The notes under the pieces are model-generated. The model ran no database searches. It was not told the DNA's origin and saw nothing but the letters and a program-made list of their open reading frames with translations. DNA of 64,000 nt from Turneriella sp. GTDB lineage: Bacteria > Spirochaetota > Leptospiria > Turneriellales > Turneriellaceae. Positions 54,604 to 63,435 of the stretch are shown in pieces. Each line of letters begins with the position of its first letter. The stretch's first letter is position 1. The stretch covers positions 3,456,001 to 3,520,000 of the forward strand of contig CBDIID010000003.1 of the NCBI GenBank assembly GCA_965279515.1. Direction: 5' to 3'. The translations under genes were made by a program, and so were the position numbers.

Positions 54604-57066
54604 TTATTTAGTTTCAATGGAGGTCATAATGCCGTGCGGGGTGAATTCGAAATTCAGTCTGAATTCTTCCGTTGCGAAGAAGTCGGCAAAGAGTTCTTCT
54701 ACAATCTTCATGTCGGCATGGCTAAGCGCGCGTGTGCCAAAGATGCTGTGAGTGGGATTTCCCTTCTTTATGGAATAATTTCCCCCTGCTGGGCAAACGA
54801 GTTTAAAACCGTATCTTTTCGAAATCGCTTCGGCCGCGTCTTCGCCTGGGAATACCAGCGCTGCGAGCTTGATGGTGCCGAGGTGGGCGAGGCAGCCCTT
54901 TTGTATAACTTCGGCATTGCTCTGCACGATGGCCGGCTTCTCGTTTTTGATCTGCGCCGGGCGGTAGAGCGCGACGAGATTACCTTTTTGTGCCTGCGTT
55001 TCTTTTTTAGCGTCGATGAATTTTTCTGCGTATTCGCGCGTCGACGTCACCTGAATCGTTTTGCCGTCGACCCATGCGTGGAAGCGGAAGGTCAGCGTGC
55101 GAAAAAAATCCAAAACAAACACGGTGATTTTTTTGCCGTTGTGCGTGTAGTCGTAGGTGTCATAGGTTCGCCTGCGTGATTCATAATGGCTCATGCCGCT
55201 CAACACAGTAATCAGGTTTTCGGCCGCCGTCGCATCTTTCATCTCGAGTGAGACGCGTAGCGGGTGAAAGAGCGACCAGGCGAGCACACCGATCATCGCG
55301 TCGGCGCGCATCCGTCCGCGCGTCAGTTCACGGAATAAAATATTCGGTTCGAAGTCGATGGTGGGGTAGTTGTCGAGACCATGGATCTGCACATTGCCGG
55401 TTAAACCCTCTAAAAACTGGGCATCGTCGCGCGCGACGCGCAGGGCTTTCATGGGCTCGAGATTTATTTTGGCCGCGAGCGACAATGTCTCACCTGGCAT
55501 CGAGGTGATCGTGTGTGTCGGCGGTGTACCGCCCATGAACTGTGTGATCTGGTTGTAGATCGAGTTTTCGATCAGTGGCAGAATCGCGATTTCCATCTTG
55601 ATGCCGTTTGGTTTCTTTTTGAAGCGGATGCCGATCGGGTCAAAGTATTCGCGCCAGAAGTTGGAATAATTTTCGACGAAGCGCGTATATCCCTCCGCTT
55701 CGGCCTGCGTCACCTTTCTGAGCGGCATCTCGAGATTGGGCTTCAAAAACCCCAGCGTGCCGAGCTCTGCATGTTCAGCCCTGAAGCCGCTGATACGGAT
55801 ATTTGCAAAATTTTCGCGAAGTTTCTTTAGCATCGCCTCATCCACAGCGGTATTTTGCAATAATTCATCCAGATTGGCCGCGGTTTTACCATACACATGC
55901 TGGTGCAGCAGGATCAACTTCTCAGCCCGGGCAAGTTTGAACGCCACTTCCATGCGCCGCGCCTCGGCAATACGTACGTGCGGCGAAACCAGCCGGCGGA
56001 TGAACGCGTCGGAAAAATAGATAAAACCGTCTTCAGTCTCGCGGCTGGCGGTGTAGACGCTGCGCATGTATTTGAATTCGTCGAGCGCGGCGAGCGCAGC
56101 TTCCTTTTTCTGCGCGACACGAATCAGGCGGGCGAGCGCTACCGGAGAATTCGATATGATGGCGATATCGCCTTCCATATAAAGAAGCGATCGCAATCTG
56201 TTGTCGGGTGACGCGATGAAATGAACTGTGGCATTCTCAATTTTAAGACTTTCTTCTCTCGCTCCGGAAACTTCTTTGAGATATTTACTGCGGTACATTT
56301 TGATGGTTGTTTCAAACAGCATCTTCTGTTTCAGTTTGAAAATCAGTGAAACATCGGTGCCCATACCGAAAAAGAAATCGGAAGAAACCATCGCCATCTC
56401 GTCGATAACCGAATCGTAGAAAATCCGCGCTTCTTTGTTTTCAACGATAGCCAGCTGAGCCATGATGCGTTTTTTCAGGGCGCTGTCGACGGGTGCATCG
56501 CTGAAGCGGTTATAGAAGGCGCCGCCGGTCTGGTTCAGGTAGTCGCCGAAATCGAGCGCGCGCGTCAGCGATGAGAAATGCGCATAGAACCAATCGGGCG
56601 GCACACTCGCCGCAAGCTCGGAACAAGGATGTTCGAGGCTCGCCGTGCGCATGGAGGCGCATCTTTCGGCGAGCGGGAATGCTTCGGATTTTCTGCCCTT
56701 CAGCATCTGTGCAAAAGGATGCGATTGCACCTGTGGACCCTTGAGCGTGGCGACATCCACCGTGGCCTTGTCGCCCGCCGATGCGCGAATCGTATCGACT
56801 TGCAGCGATTCGCGTATGGCGAGGGCGCCGGAGAAGAGATCGAAGGGACTTACCTGTGGCCTCGACCGCCATGCTGATTCTTCACGGCTTTTACCGCGCT
56901 CCAGGTATTCAAGCATAGCCTCGGCATAACCGAGCCGGTCGCCGCCGGCATTTTCGATCATTCCGAGTTCGGTTTTGATTTTTGCAACTTTCGCCGGATC
57001 GAGGAGCGCATGGACTTTCGAAAGGGAAAGCAAAAGTAATACGGATACAGAGAATATTTTCGGCAT
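54604..57066 (-). CDS. large exported hypothetical protein
   Basis: Signal peptide ...VHA; 820-aa ORF; C-terminal CPAGG.Y...C/HS..G pattern. Confidence 0.82.
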   Translation of the reverse strand: MPKIFSVSVLLLLSLSKVHALLDPAKVAKIKTELGMIENAGGDRLGYAEAMLEYLERGKSREESAWRSRPQVSPFDLFSGALAIRESLQVDTIRASAGDKATVDVATLKGPQVQSHPFAQMLKGRKSEAFPLAERCASMRTASLEHPCSELAASVPPDWFYAHFSSLTRALDFGDYLNQTGGAFYNRFSDAPVDSALKKRIMAQLAIVENKEARIFYDSVIDEMAMVSSDFFFGMGTDVSLIFKLKQKMLFETTIKMYRSKYLKEVSGAREESLKIENATVHFIASPDNRLRSLLYMEGDIAIISNSPVALARLIRVAQKKEAALAALDEFKYMRSVYTASRETEDGFIYFSDAFIRRLVSPHVRIAEARRMEVAFKLARAEKLILLHQHVYGKTAANLDELLQNTAVDEAMLKKLRENFANIRISGFRAEHAELGTLGFLKPNLEMPLRKVTQAEAEGYTRFVENYSNFWREYFDPIGIRFKKKPNGIKMEIAILPLIENSIYNQITQFMGGTPPTHTITSMPGETLSLAAKINLEPMKALRVARDDAQFLEGLTGNVQIHGLDNYPTIDFEPNILFRELTRGRMRADAMIGVLAWSLFHPLRVSLEMKDATAAENLITVLSGMSHYESRRRTYDTYDYTHNGKKITVFVLDFFRTLTFRFHAWVDGKTIQVTSTREYAEKFIDAKKETQAQKGNLVALYRPAQIKNEKPAIVQSNAEVIQKGCLAHLGTIKLAALVFPGEDAAEAISKRYGFKLVCPAGGNYSIKKGNPTHSIFGTRALSHADMKIVEELFADFFATEEFRLNFEFTPHGIMTSIETK
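56617..56674. repeat. GGA-loop palindromic element inside a CDS
   Basis: CTCGGAACA-AGGA-TGTTCGAG and GCTCGCCG-TGCGC-ATGGAG-GCGCA-TCTTT-CGGCGAGC nested hairpins. Confidence 0.55.
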
Positions 57067-57110
57067 TCGTCAGTCTGACGAGGCAGCGACGGTCTGCAAA
57101 CGTATTTCAT

Positions 57111-57139
57111 TTGCCATGTTATCTCAGAATATCTATGTT
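57111..57139 (+). promoter_or_regulatory. sigma70 promoter of rnpB
   Basis: TTGCCA-N17-TATGTT directly upstream of the RNA 5' end. Confidence 0.65.
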
Positions 57140-57144
57140 ATTAC

Positions 57145-57552
57145 TGACAGGAGCAACCGCGCTGCTTTCAGCAATGAAAGTGTGAGGAAAGTCCGGACAC
57201 CACGGGACACGGGGCCAGAGCGATCTGGGCGTTTGGTTTCGGCCAGGCGACGAAAAGTGCCACAGAAAATATACTGCCGGCGTCGTTTCTCGCGAAACGA
57301 CTTCGGTAAGGGTGAAATGGTGGGGTAAGAGCCCACCGCGCGGCTGAGAGGTTTGCGGCAGGGTAAACTCCCCCGGGTGCAATTTCAAGATTTCGGCCTT
57401 CTCTTTAGAGGGTAACCTTGGCGTGTTCCCGCCGGGAAGGTCGATTGGTAGAAAGCGAAGGGCTGAGGGGTATAACCCTCAGACAAGAGAAATGGTTGCA
57501 ATGGGCGATTCGGCGACGAATCGCCTTTACAGAATCCGGCTTATGATTGTCA
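57145..57552 (+). ncRNA. rnpB: RNase P RNA (class A)
   Basis: GAGGAAAGTCCGG, AAGTGCCACAGAAA, AGGGTGAAATGGTGGGGTAAGAGCCCACCG, GGTAAACTCC..GTGCAA, ACAGAATCCGGCTTAT; 5'/3' ends pair (TGACA/TGTCA). Confidence 0.97.
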
Positions 57553-57558
57553 TGAGGT

Positions 57559-57584
57559 TTAAGGGGGCCAAATGGCCCCCTTAA
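57559..57584 (+). terminator. hairpin downstream of rnpB
   Basis: TTAAGGGGGCCA-AA-TGGCCCCCTTAA perfect stem. Confidence 0.65.
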
Positions 57585-57595
57585 CAACCCCGTTT

Positions 57596-58576
57596 ATGAG
57601 ATATACAGCAATCTGGTTTCTAATGGGGCTATCTCAAATCGCCGCCGCCGATCTTAAGAGCGATGTCGTTATTATACAGGCATCCGCAAAAAAGTTGATC
57701 TTTCTCGATTTTTACAATGAGACCAATGACCAGAACCTGCAGTTTCTTTCGAACTCCTTTGGCGACGGTGCCCATGCCGCGATTGAAGGCAAGTACCGTT
57801 ACACACGAATTCCATCCGAAACATGGAAAAAATATGCGGCGGATAAAAAGTGGCAGAATTCAGACTTCTTCGATATTAGAAAAATCCGCGAAATGGGCCG
57901 CGATCTCGGCGCTGACGGCGTCATCTTCGGCAAGTTTGTTGCGGGCAAAGATAATCTCGAAATGCACGGTAAGATTTTTTCGGTGATCGACGGCGAGATC
58001 ATCGGCGAAGAGCGCGGCAATGCCAAACTCGATTCGACGATGTTTGAAACCGTGGGCAAGGTTTCGGCGAATCTCGCAGTTAAGATCAAAGACCTCTTCG
58101 TGCCGTCAGACCGCGGCGCACTGTGGCGTTCGGCGCTACTGCCGGGCTGGGGACATTTTTATAAAGAACGCCGGCAGTGGGGCTACTTCTGGTCGATCGC
58201 CGCCGGCGCGGCGTTCGCCTACACGCTCACGGCGACCACGGTCTTCCTTGTGTACCAGAACCAGTACAAGAGTGCATCCCCCGAAGCGTACCGCAATGCG
58301 TTCGGGCATGTCGGTCTCTACGACGAGGCTTCGGCGCAGGCCGAGTTCGACCGCCTCGAAAACACGACGAACCAATGGGGCACCATGGCGCTGGCGGGCC
58401 TCATCACAACGACGGTCATTTATTCGGCGAGTTTGTTGCATGCGTGGCTCATCAGGGCCGACCTCGGCAATATCACGCCGGGCGCAGCGACGGCGTTCAA
58501 AATGCATTTTAATGTTGAAAGCGCATATGCGGGCGGTATCTCGGCCCGGTTGGGTTATGAGTACCGGTGGGATTAA
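57596..58576 (+). CDS. exported protein with TolB-N/CsgG-like domain and DUF5683-like C-terminal membrane domain
   Basis: Signal peptide; IREMGRDLGADGVIFG; ALWRSALLPGWGHFYK. Confidence 0.78.
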   Translation: MRYTAIWFLMGLSQIAAADLKSDVVIIQASAKKLIFLDFYNETNDQNLQFLSNSFGDGAHAAIEGKYRYTRIPSETWKKYAADKKWQNSDFFDIRKIREMGRDLGADGVIFGKFVAGKDNLEMHGKIFSVIDGEIIGEERGNAKLDSTMFETVGKVSANLAVKIKDLFVPSDRGALWRSALLPGWGHFYKERRQWGYFWSIAAGAAFAYTLTATTVFLVYQNQYKSASPEAYRNAFGHVGLYDEASAQAEFDRLENTTNQWGTMALAGLITTTVIYSASLLHAWLIRADLGNITPGAATAFKMHFNVESAYAGGISARLGYEYRWD

Positions 58577-59699
58577 CCGCATTTTTGGAGCCGGCGTTTT
58601 CGCGCTGCCGCTCGTTTTCTTTTTGCCGGCCTGCAAACTGAACAAAGACATCAATTGTCTCAACCCGAAGTCAGGTTGTTTTGAGCGCGATAAAGAGCTG
58701 CCTGCGATTGTTTTGACAACGCCGCAGTCGCAACCCTCGACGGCAGCACCGGCGGCGGTCGCCACGCTCAACACGCTCGTGCTGAATTTTTCCGAACCGA
58801 TGAAAAACGCGGACGATCTTTCAAACTACCCGAACCCGACAGTGTCGGGCGGCAGTCTTTCGATCACTTCCGTGACCAAGATCAACAGCCAGACCTACCA
58901 GCTCAACCTCACCGGCGCAGTGGGTACCGGCACCGTCGTGTTCGATCTCAGCCGCCTCAAAGATCTCGCGGGCAATACACTTTCGCCGGCAAACCACACC
59001 GTTCTGACCAGCTCGATCGCCGCGGTGCCCGATGCCGTGACTTCCAGCGGCGGCTATGCTGAAACCAACATCACATGGACGAACACAACACCGTATGCGA
59101 TGACGTATACCGTGAAAAAGAACGGCGCGGATTGCACTTCCGCAACGGCGGTTAACGGCAGCAATAAGTCGGGCACTGTGATGTCAAATGGGCAGGTTGT
59201 CACAAATCTGGCGTTTGGAGAGTTCACCGCAGGTTCGACGGATACCATCCGCGTTTGCCTGACACCCGTGTCTACAGGTAGCGCCACAGCGTTAACCGTC
59301 AGCGTCGCGCGCGACGACTCACCACCCACGCTGAGCACACTGTCGCTCACGCGCTGTCAGTTGCCTTACCAAATTACGGTCACCTGCACCGACAATGCCG
59401 ACCGCATTATCTACACGATCGACGGTACTCTGCCCTCGTTTAACGTGACACCCACAGGCTCTGCAGTCGGCGCCACAGCGAGCGCAAATTCACTGGCCTA
59501 TTCGCTTACCGGTGGCTATTCGCTCACCACGCATGGCCTTGTAACATTCCGCTATCTCTGCATCGACAAGGCCGGGCATCTGAACACAGGTAACGTACAG
59601 GCGGCGACCTGTCAGTCGAAAGGGGTGTGGGGGTCTCATGCAGCCGGCACGCCGTGGTATGCACCGAGCCCCACGCAGCCGTTTGATGTGTGGGACTGA
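58557..59699 (+). CDS. lipoprotein with Ig-like domains
   Basis: Lipobox FLPAC after ATG 58557; LNFSEPM, LKDLAGN, IIYTIDGT.P; Thr/Ser-rich; Trp-rich tail. Confidence 0.8.
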   Translation: MSTGGINRIFGAGVFALPLVFFLPACKLNKDINCLNPKSGCFERDKELPAIVLTTPQSQPSTAAPAAVATLNTLVLNFSEPMKNADDLSNYPNPTVSGGSLSITSVTKINSQTYQLNLTGAVGTGTVVFDLSRLKDLAGNTLSPANHTVLTSSIAAVPDAVTSSGGYAETNITWTNTTPYAMTYTVKKNGADCTSATAVNGSNKSGTVMSNGQVVTNLAFGEFTAGSTDTIRVCLTPVSTGSATALTVSVARDDSPPTLSTLSLTRCQLPYQITVTCTDNADRIIYTIDGTLPSFNVTPTGSAVGATASANSLAYSLTGGYSLTTHGLVTFRYLCIDKAGHLNTGNVQAATCQSKGVWGSHAAGTPWYAPSPTQPFDVWD

Positions 59700-59751
59700 A
59701 GTTTTGGGTTGACATGCCGTCATTACAGGTTTCGGTTCGCGCTGGTTTTCA

Positions 59752-60498
59752 ATGAGTTCCGAAATGGACAGGGTTAGTCGTGCGGAGTTTGAAGCCTTAA
59801 AGGCGGAACTCGCGGCACTCAAACTTTCGCGCCTGCAAAAGACTTTCCGCGCAGCGCAAAGAAATAAGCGTACAATACTTGCCGGAGTAATCATGGGGCT
59901 TGTTATTCCAATGACAATTTCTGCGCTCAGTATCACGAAGACTCATACTTTCACCGCAGGGAATCCGACTGTAGCTTCCGAAATTAATACAAACTTTGAT
60001 CAACTTTTTACCAAGGTAAATGATTTAGCGGCATATCATCCGCCTGTCGGCTCAATAATCGCCTGGCATAAGGATATGTTGGGGCCCACGCCGGGTTTGC
60101 CGTTGAGTGGTGAATGGGTCGAATGCAATGGCCAAATGCTAAACGATACCGGTTCGCCCTATCACACTCGTGTGATACCCAATCTAAATGGTTATGGCGG
60201 TGGGGCCGATTCTCCTGACATGGGGGCAAAAGTTCGTATGTTTCTACGGGGCAATACGATCTCAGGTGCCGGAGAGCTGGATTCATTTCAGGGACATTAT
60301 CATAACCGTTTGACGAATAACGTTACTGGCATCAATGGGTCTGGTCCATGGACCTTTACTTCAGGGTCTTCTGCGGGTACCGTTGTTGATGTTACGGTAA
60401 CAGAACCTACTAACGATGGAAGCCATGGCACACCCCGCACCGCCAACGAAACCCGTCCCGTCAACATGTCTGTCGTCTGGATCATGAAGGTGAAATAA
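59752..60498 (+). CDS. tail-collar/needle domain protein with signal-like N-terminus, copy 1
   Basis: PVGSIIAW, WVECNGQ, IPNL, FLRG, DSFQGHYH, ETRPVNMSVVWIMKVK. Confidence 0.85.
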   Translation: MSSEMDRVSRAEFEALKAELAALKLSRLQKTFRAAQRNKRTILAGVIMGLVIPMTISALSITKTHTFTAGNPTVASEINTNFDQLFTKVNDLAAYHPPVGSIIAWHKDMLGPTPGLPLSGEWVECNGQMLNDTGSPYHTRVIPNLNGYGGGADSPDMGAKVRMFLRGNTISGAGELDSFQGHYHNRLTNNVTGINGSGPWTFTSGSSAGTVVDVTVTEPTNDGSHGTPRTANETRPVNMSVVWIMKVK

Positions 60499-60582
60499 GC
60501 CAAAAATTTGCCGACCACTGGTGTATCTGCATGTCGAAGTTTTGATTGACGCTATAGTTGCCCGAGCTTCAGGCACGGCGCT

Positions 60583-61320
60583 ATGGATCAAGAAACCCGG
60601 GCAGAGTTCGATGCGCTTAAGGCTGCACACGCACAGATGGTTGCGGAGCTGTCCGAGCTGAAATTGACTCGCCTACAGAAGAGTGTGCGCGCCTTCAAAA
60701 GAAATAAGCGGCTCGTGGTGGGATTTATCGGTGTAATGATACTTATTCCGTTATCGCTCTATGCGCTGAGCATCACGAAGTCTTTTACTTTTACGGCAGG
60801 AAATCCCACTGTGGCTTCGGAGGTGAATGCAAATTTCGACCAGCTTTTCACGAAGGTGAACGACTTAGCGTTCTATCACCCGCCGATTGGTTCAATTATC
60901 GGCTGGCATAAAAGCGAAGGCAGTACGCCTGGCTTACCTGCGAGTGGAGAGTGGGTTGAGTGCAATGGTCAAACGCTGAACGATAACAACTCTCCCTATC
61001 ACACTCACGTGATCCCTAACCTAAACGGGGCAGCCAGTGGCGCGGATTCACCGGGGCTTACGGCAAAAGCACGCATGTTTTTGCGCGGTGATACGACATC
61101 GGGTACGGGGCAGCTGGACGCTTTTCAAGGGCATTGGCATTATCTATTTATGCAGATTAACACCGGTACAGCAGGATCAAGCCCAGGTGGCACAACATTT
61201 TCGCCAACTGGAGATCACACATCAGAAGCAATTACAGACGGAAGTAACGGCACCCCCCGCACCGCCAGTGAAACCCGGCCCGTGAATATGTCTGTCGTGT
61301 GGATCATGAAGGTAAAGTAA
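60583..61320 (+). CDS. tail-collar/needle domain protein, copy 2
   Basis: Same motifs as copy 1, different tip sequence. Confidence 0.85.
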   Translation: MDQETRAEFDALKAAHAQMVAELSELKLTRLQKSVRAFKRNKRLVVGFIGVMILIPLSLYALSITKSFTFTAGNPTVASEVNANFDQLFTKVNDLAFYHPPIGSIIGWHKSEGSTPGLPASGEWVECNGQTLNDNNSPYHTHVIPNLNGAASGADSPGLTAKARMFLRGDTTSGTGQLDAFQGHWHYLFMQINTGTAGSSPGGTTFSPTGDHTSEAITDGSNGTPRTASETRPVNMSVVWIMKVK

Positions 61321-61325
61321 GACAT

Positions 61326-62069
61326 ATGCATGAATTAGACAGCGAAGCCAGATTTCAAAAGCTCGAGAGTGAACTGGCTATTCAAGCGCGACAAATAGCT
61401 GAACTCAGCCTTTCCCGCAGGCAAAGAACATTGCATGTAATGCGCCGAAATAAACGTGCGATATTCGGCGGCGTAATCATAGGACTTATCATTCCGGTAG
61501 CTATTTCTTCGCTGAGTATTACCAAGTCTCATACTTTCTCGGCAGGAAATCCGACTGTGGCCTCGGAAGTAAATGCAAATTTCGATCAACTTTTTGTCAA
61601 AGTAAATGATCTCGCGGCATTTCATCCGCCGATTGGTACAATTCTGGCCTGGCATAAATCTCTTGGCGGTGTAACGCCTGCATTACCAGCGAGTGGGGAA
61701 TGGGTCGAATGCAATGGCCAGATCCTCAGTGACCCGCAATCTCCTTACAATACTCATGCCATACCTAATCTGAATAATCCGCCGGCCAACCCCGCTGGTG
61801 GTAATTATCCGGGTGGATATTTTTTGCGCGGTGCCTTAACGAGTGGAACGATTCAAGATGATAGATTCCAGGGACATTGGCATGCGATAAATCGCCTCTC
61901 TGGTTATACGGTAGGAACTCAGTTTTTTGCGGCCGATGGTCCCGCGAACGGATCAGTCTTGGGGGAAGCTCATGAAGCGGTATCCGACGGCACCAATGGC
62001 ACACCGCGCATCGCTGCCGAAACCCGGCCCGTGAATATGTCAGTCGTGTGGATCATGAAGGTAAAGTAG
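61326..62069 (+). CDS. tail-collar/needle domain protein, copy 3
   Basis: Same motifs; probable ATG 61326. Confidence 0.85.
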   Translation: MHELDSEARFQKLESELAIQARQIAELSLSRRQRTLHVMRRNKRAIFGGVIIGLIIPVAISSLSITKSHTFSAGNPTVASEVNANFDQLFVKVNDLAAFHPPIGTILAWHKSLGGVTPALPASGEWVECNGQILSDPQSPYNTHAIPNLNNPPANPAGGNYPGGYFLRGALTSGTIQDDRFQGHWHAINRLSGYTVGTQFFAADGPANGSVLGEAHEAVSDGTNGTPRIAAETRPVNMSVVWIMKVK

Positions 62070-62074
62070 CTAAA

Positions 62075-62782
62075 ATGGAAAATTTGGAATTCGAAAAAAG
62101 GCTTCAAAGACTTGAGGCGGAGCTAGTTGAATTAAAACTTTCGCGCGCGAAAAAGGCACTCCACGCGGTGCGCAGAAATCGACGCACGGTACTTGCCGGA
62201 GGCATCATGGGCCTGATCATTCCGGTTGCGATTTCAGCCTTGAGCATCACGAAGACTCATACCTTTACCGCCGGTAATCCAACGGTTGCCTCTGAAATAA
62301 ATACAAATTTCGACCAGCTCTTTACCAAAGTAAATGATCTGGCCGCATACCATCCGCCGATAGGCACGATTTTAGCATGGCACAAATCCTTGAGTGGTGT
62401 GCCAGGTCTCCCCGGCACTGGTGAATGGGTGGAATGTAGCGGGCAAACACTCGTAGATTCTAATTCGCCGCTTAACGGGCGAACTATACCAAATTTGAAT
62501 GGTGCGGCCAGCACGGGTCATTTCTTACGCGGTAGTGATGCCAGCGGCGTCTTTCAGCAGGATACGTTTCAGGGACATTGGCATGTTACGGGAGCTGGGG
62601 GGGTTCCATTTCCACAGAGTACAAATGGTACCCTGATTGAATCCGGCGATACTTGGATTCAGTCTCCCAGCAATGCAACAGTTCGCTCACCTATTAGTGA
62701 TAATATTAATGGCACACCGCGTACCGCTGGCGAAACCCGGCCCGTCAACATGTCGGTCGTCTGGATCATGAAGGTAAAATAG
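62075..62782 (+). CDS. tail-collar/needle domain protein, copy 4
   Basis: Same motifs; probable ATG 62075. Confidence 0.85.
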   Translation: MENLEFEKRLQRLEAELVELKLSRAKKALHAVRRNRRTVLAGGIMGLIIPVAISALSITKTHTFTAGNPTVASEINTNFDQLFTKVNDLAAYHPPIGTILAWHKSLSGVPGLPGTGEWVECSGQTLVDSNSPLNGRTIPNLNGAASTGHFLRGSDASGVFQQDTFQGHWHVTGAGGVPFPQSTNGTLIESGDTWIQSPSNATVRSPISDNINGTPRTAGETRPVNMSVVWIMKVK

Positions 62783-62844
62783 CCCCACTTTCTACTTTAC
62801 ACCCTTTCGCGCCCTGATTTAGCCACTGCGGACCCCGGCCAATC

Positions 62845-63435
62845 ATGGAATTCCTACCCTTTCTCAAAGGCCTTCGCAATCTCGACGCTGCCACCCTCGC
62901 GCGGTTTATGGAGAAGTATTCTCCCCTCGTTATGGCCTTTATCCGCAAGCGGGTGAATGCCAACGACGTCGAAGATGCCACGCAGGAGTTTTTTTATCAT
63001 ATATTGAAGGTGAACCTGTTCGCCAAGTTTGGCGGCGAGACCGAAGAGGCGTTTAAGGCATACCTCGTCAAAAGCGCGTTGAACTTCTCTTACGACTGGC
63101 GCATGAAGGAATACAAGCTGAACCAGCCGCTGCAGGTTTTTGACGGCGAAAACCCGCTGCACTGGCGTGTGCTCGGCGGCGGCGATTCGGTGCATGAAGA
63201 GTTTGTGAAGAAAGAAACGAGTGAGCGCCTCAATACCGCCATACAGCAACTCGATGCGCAGTACCGGCGCGTGATTGAGCTGAAGCTGCTCGACTATTCG
63301 AATGCCGATGTCGCCGAAATTCTGAAGGAGCCGTTGGGTTCGGTGAATACCTGGTATACGCGGGGAATCCGCGTGCTGGCTGACAGCCTGAAAGATTTGA
63401 ATATGGCCGGCGTAAAAAACGGTGTATTAACATGA
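62845..63435 (+). CDS. ECF RNA polymerase sigma factor
   Basis: DVEDATQEFF, FKAYL (region 2); YSNADVAEILKEPLGSV (region 4). Confidence 0.9.
   Translation: MEFLPFLKGLRNLDAATLARFMEKYSPLVMAFIRKRVNANDVEDATQEFFYHILKVNLFAKFGGETEEAFKAYLVKSALNFSYDWRMKEYKLNQPLQVFDGENPLHWRVLGGGDSVHEEFVKKETSERLNTAIQQLDAQYRRVIELKLLDYSNADVAEILKEPLGSVNTWYTRGIRVLADSLKDLNMAGVKNGVLT

Noticed and set aside
56975..57587. Short ORFs across 56975-57587
   Set aside because: They overlap the RNase P RNA and its promoter or terminator
58020..58556. N-terminal extension of ORF 58020-59699
   Set aside because: Out-of-frame overlap with the 57596-58576 gene, Arg/Ser-rich non-coding character; the lipoprotein signal starts at ATG 58557
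59752..62782. Prophage or diversity-generating retroelement as explanation for the fibre array
   Set aside because: No capsid, terminase, baseplate or reverse transcriptase gene in the window; the tips differ in length and at all bases, not only at adenines
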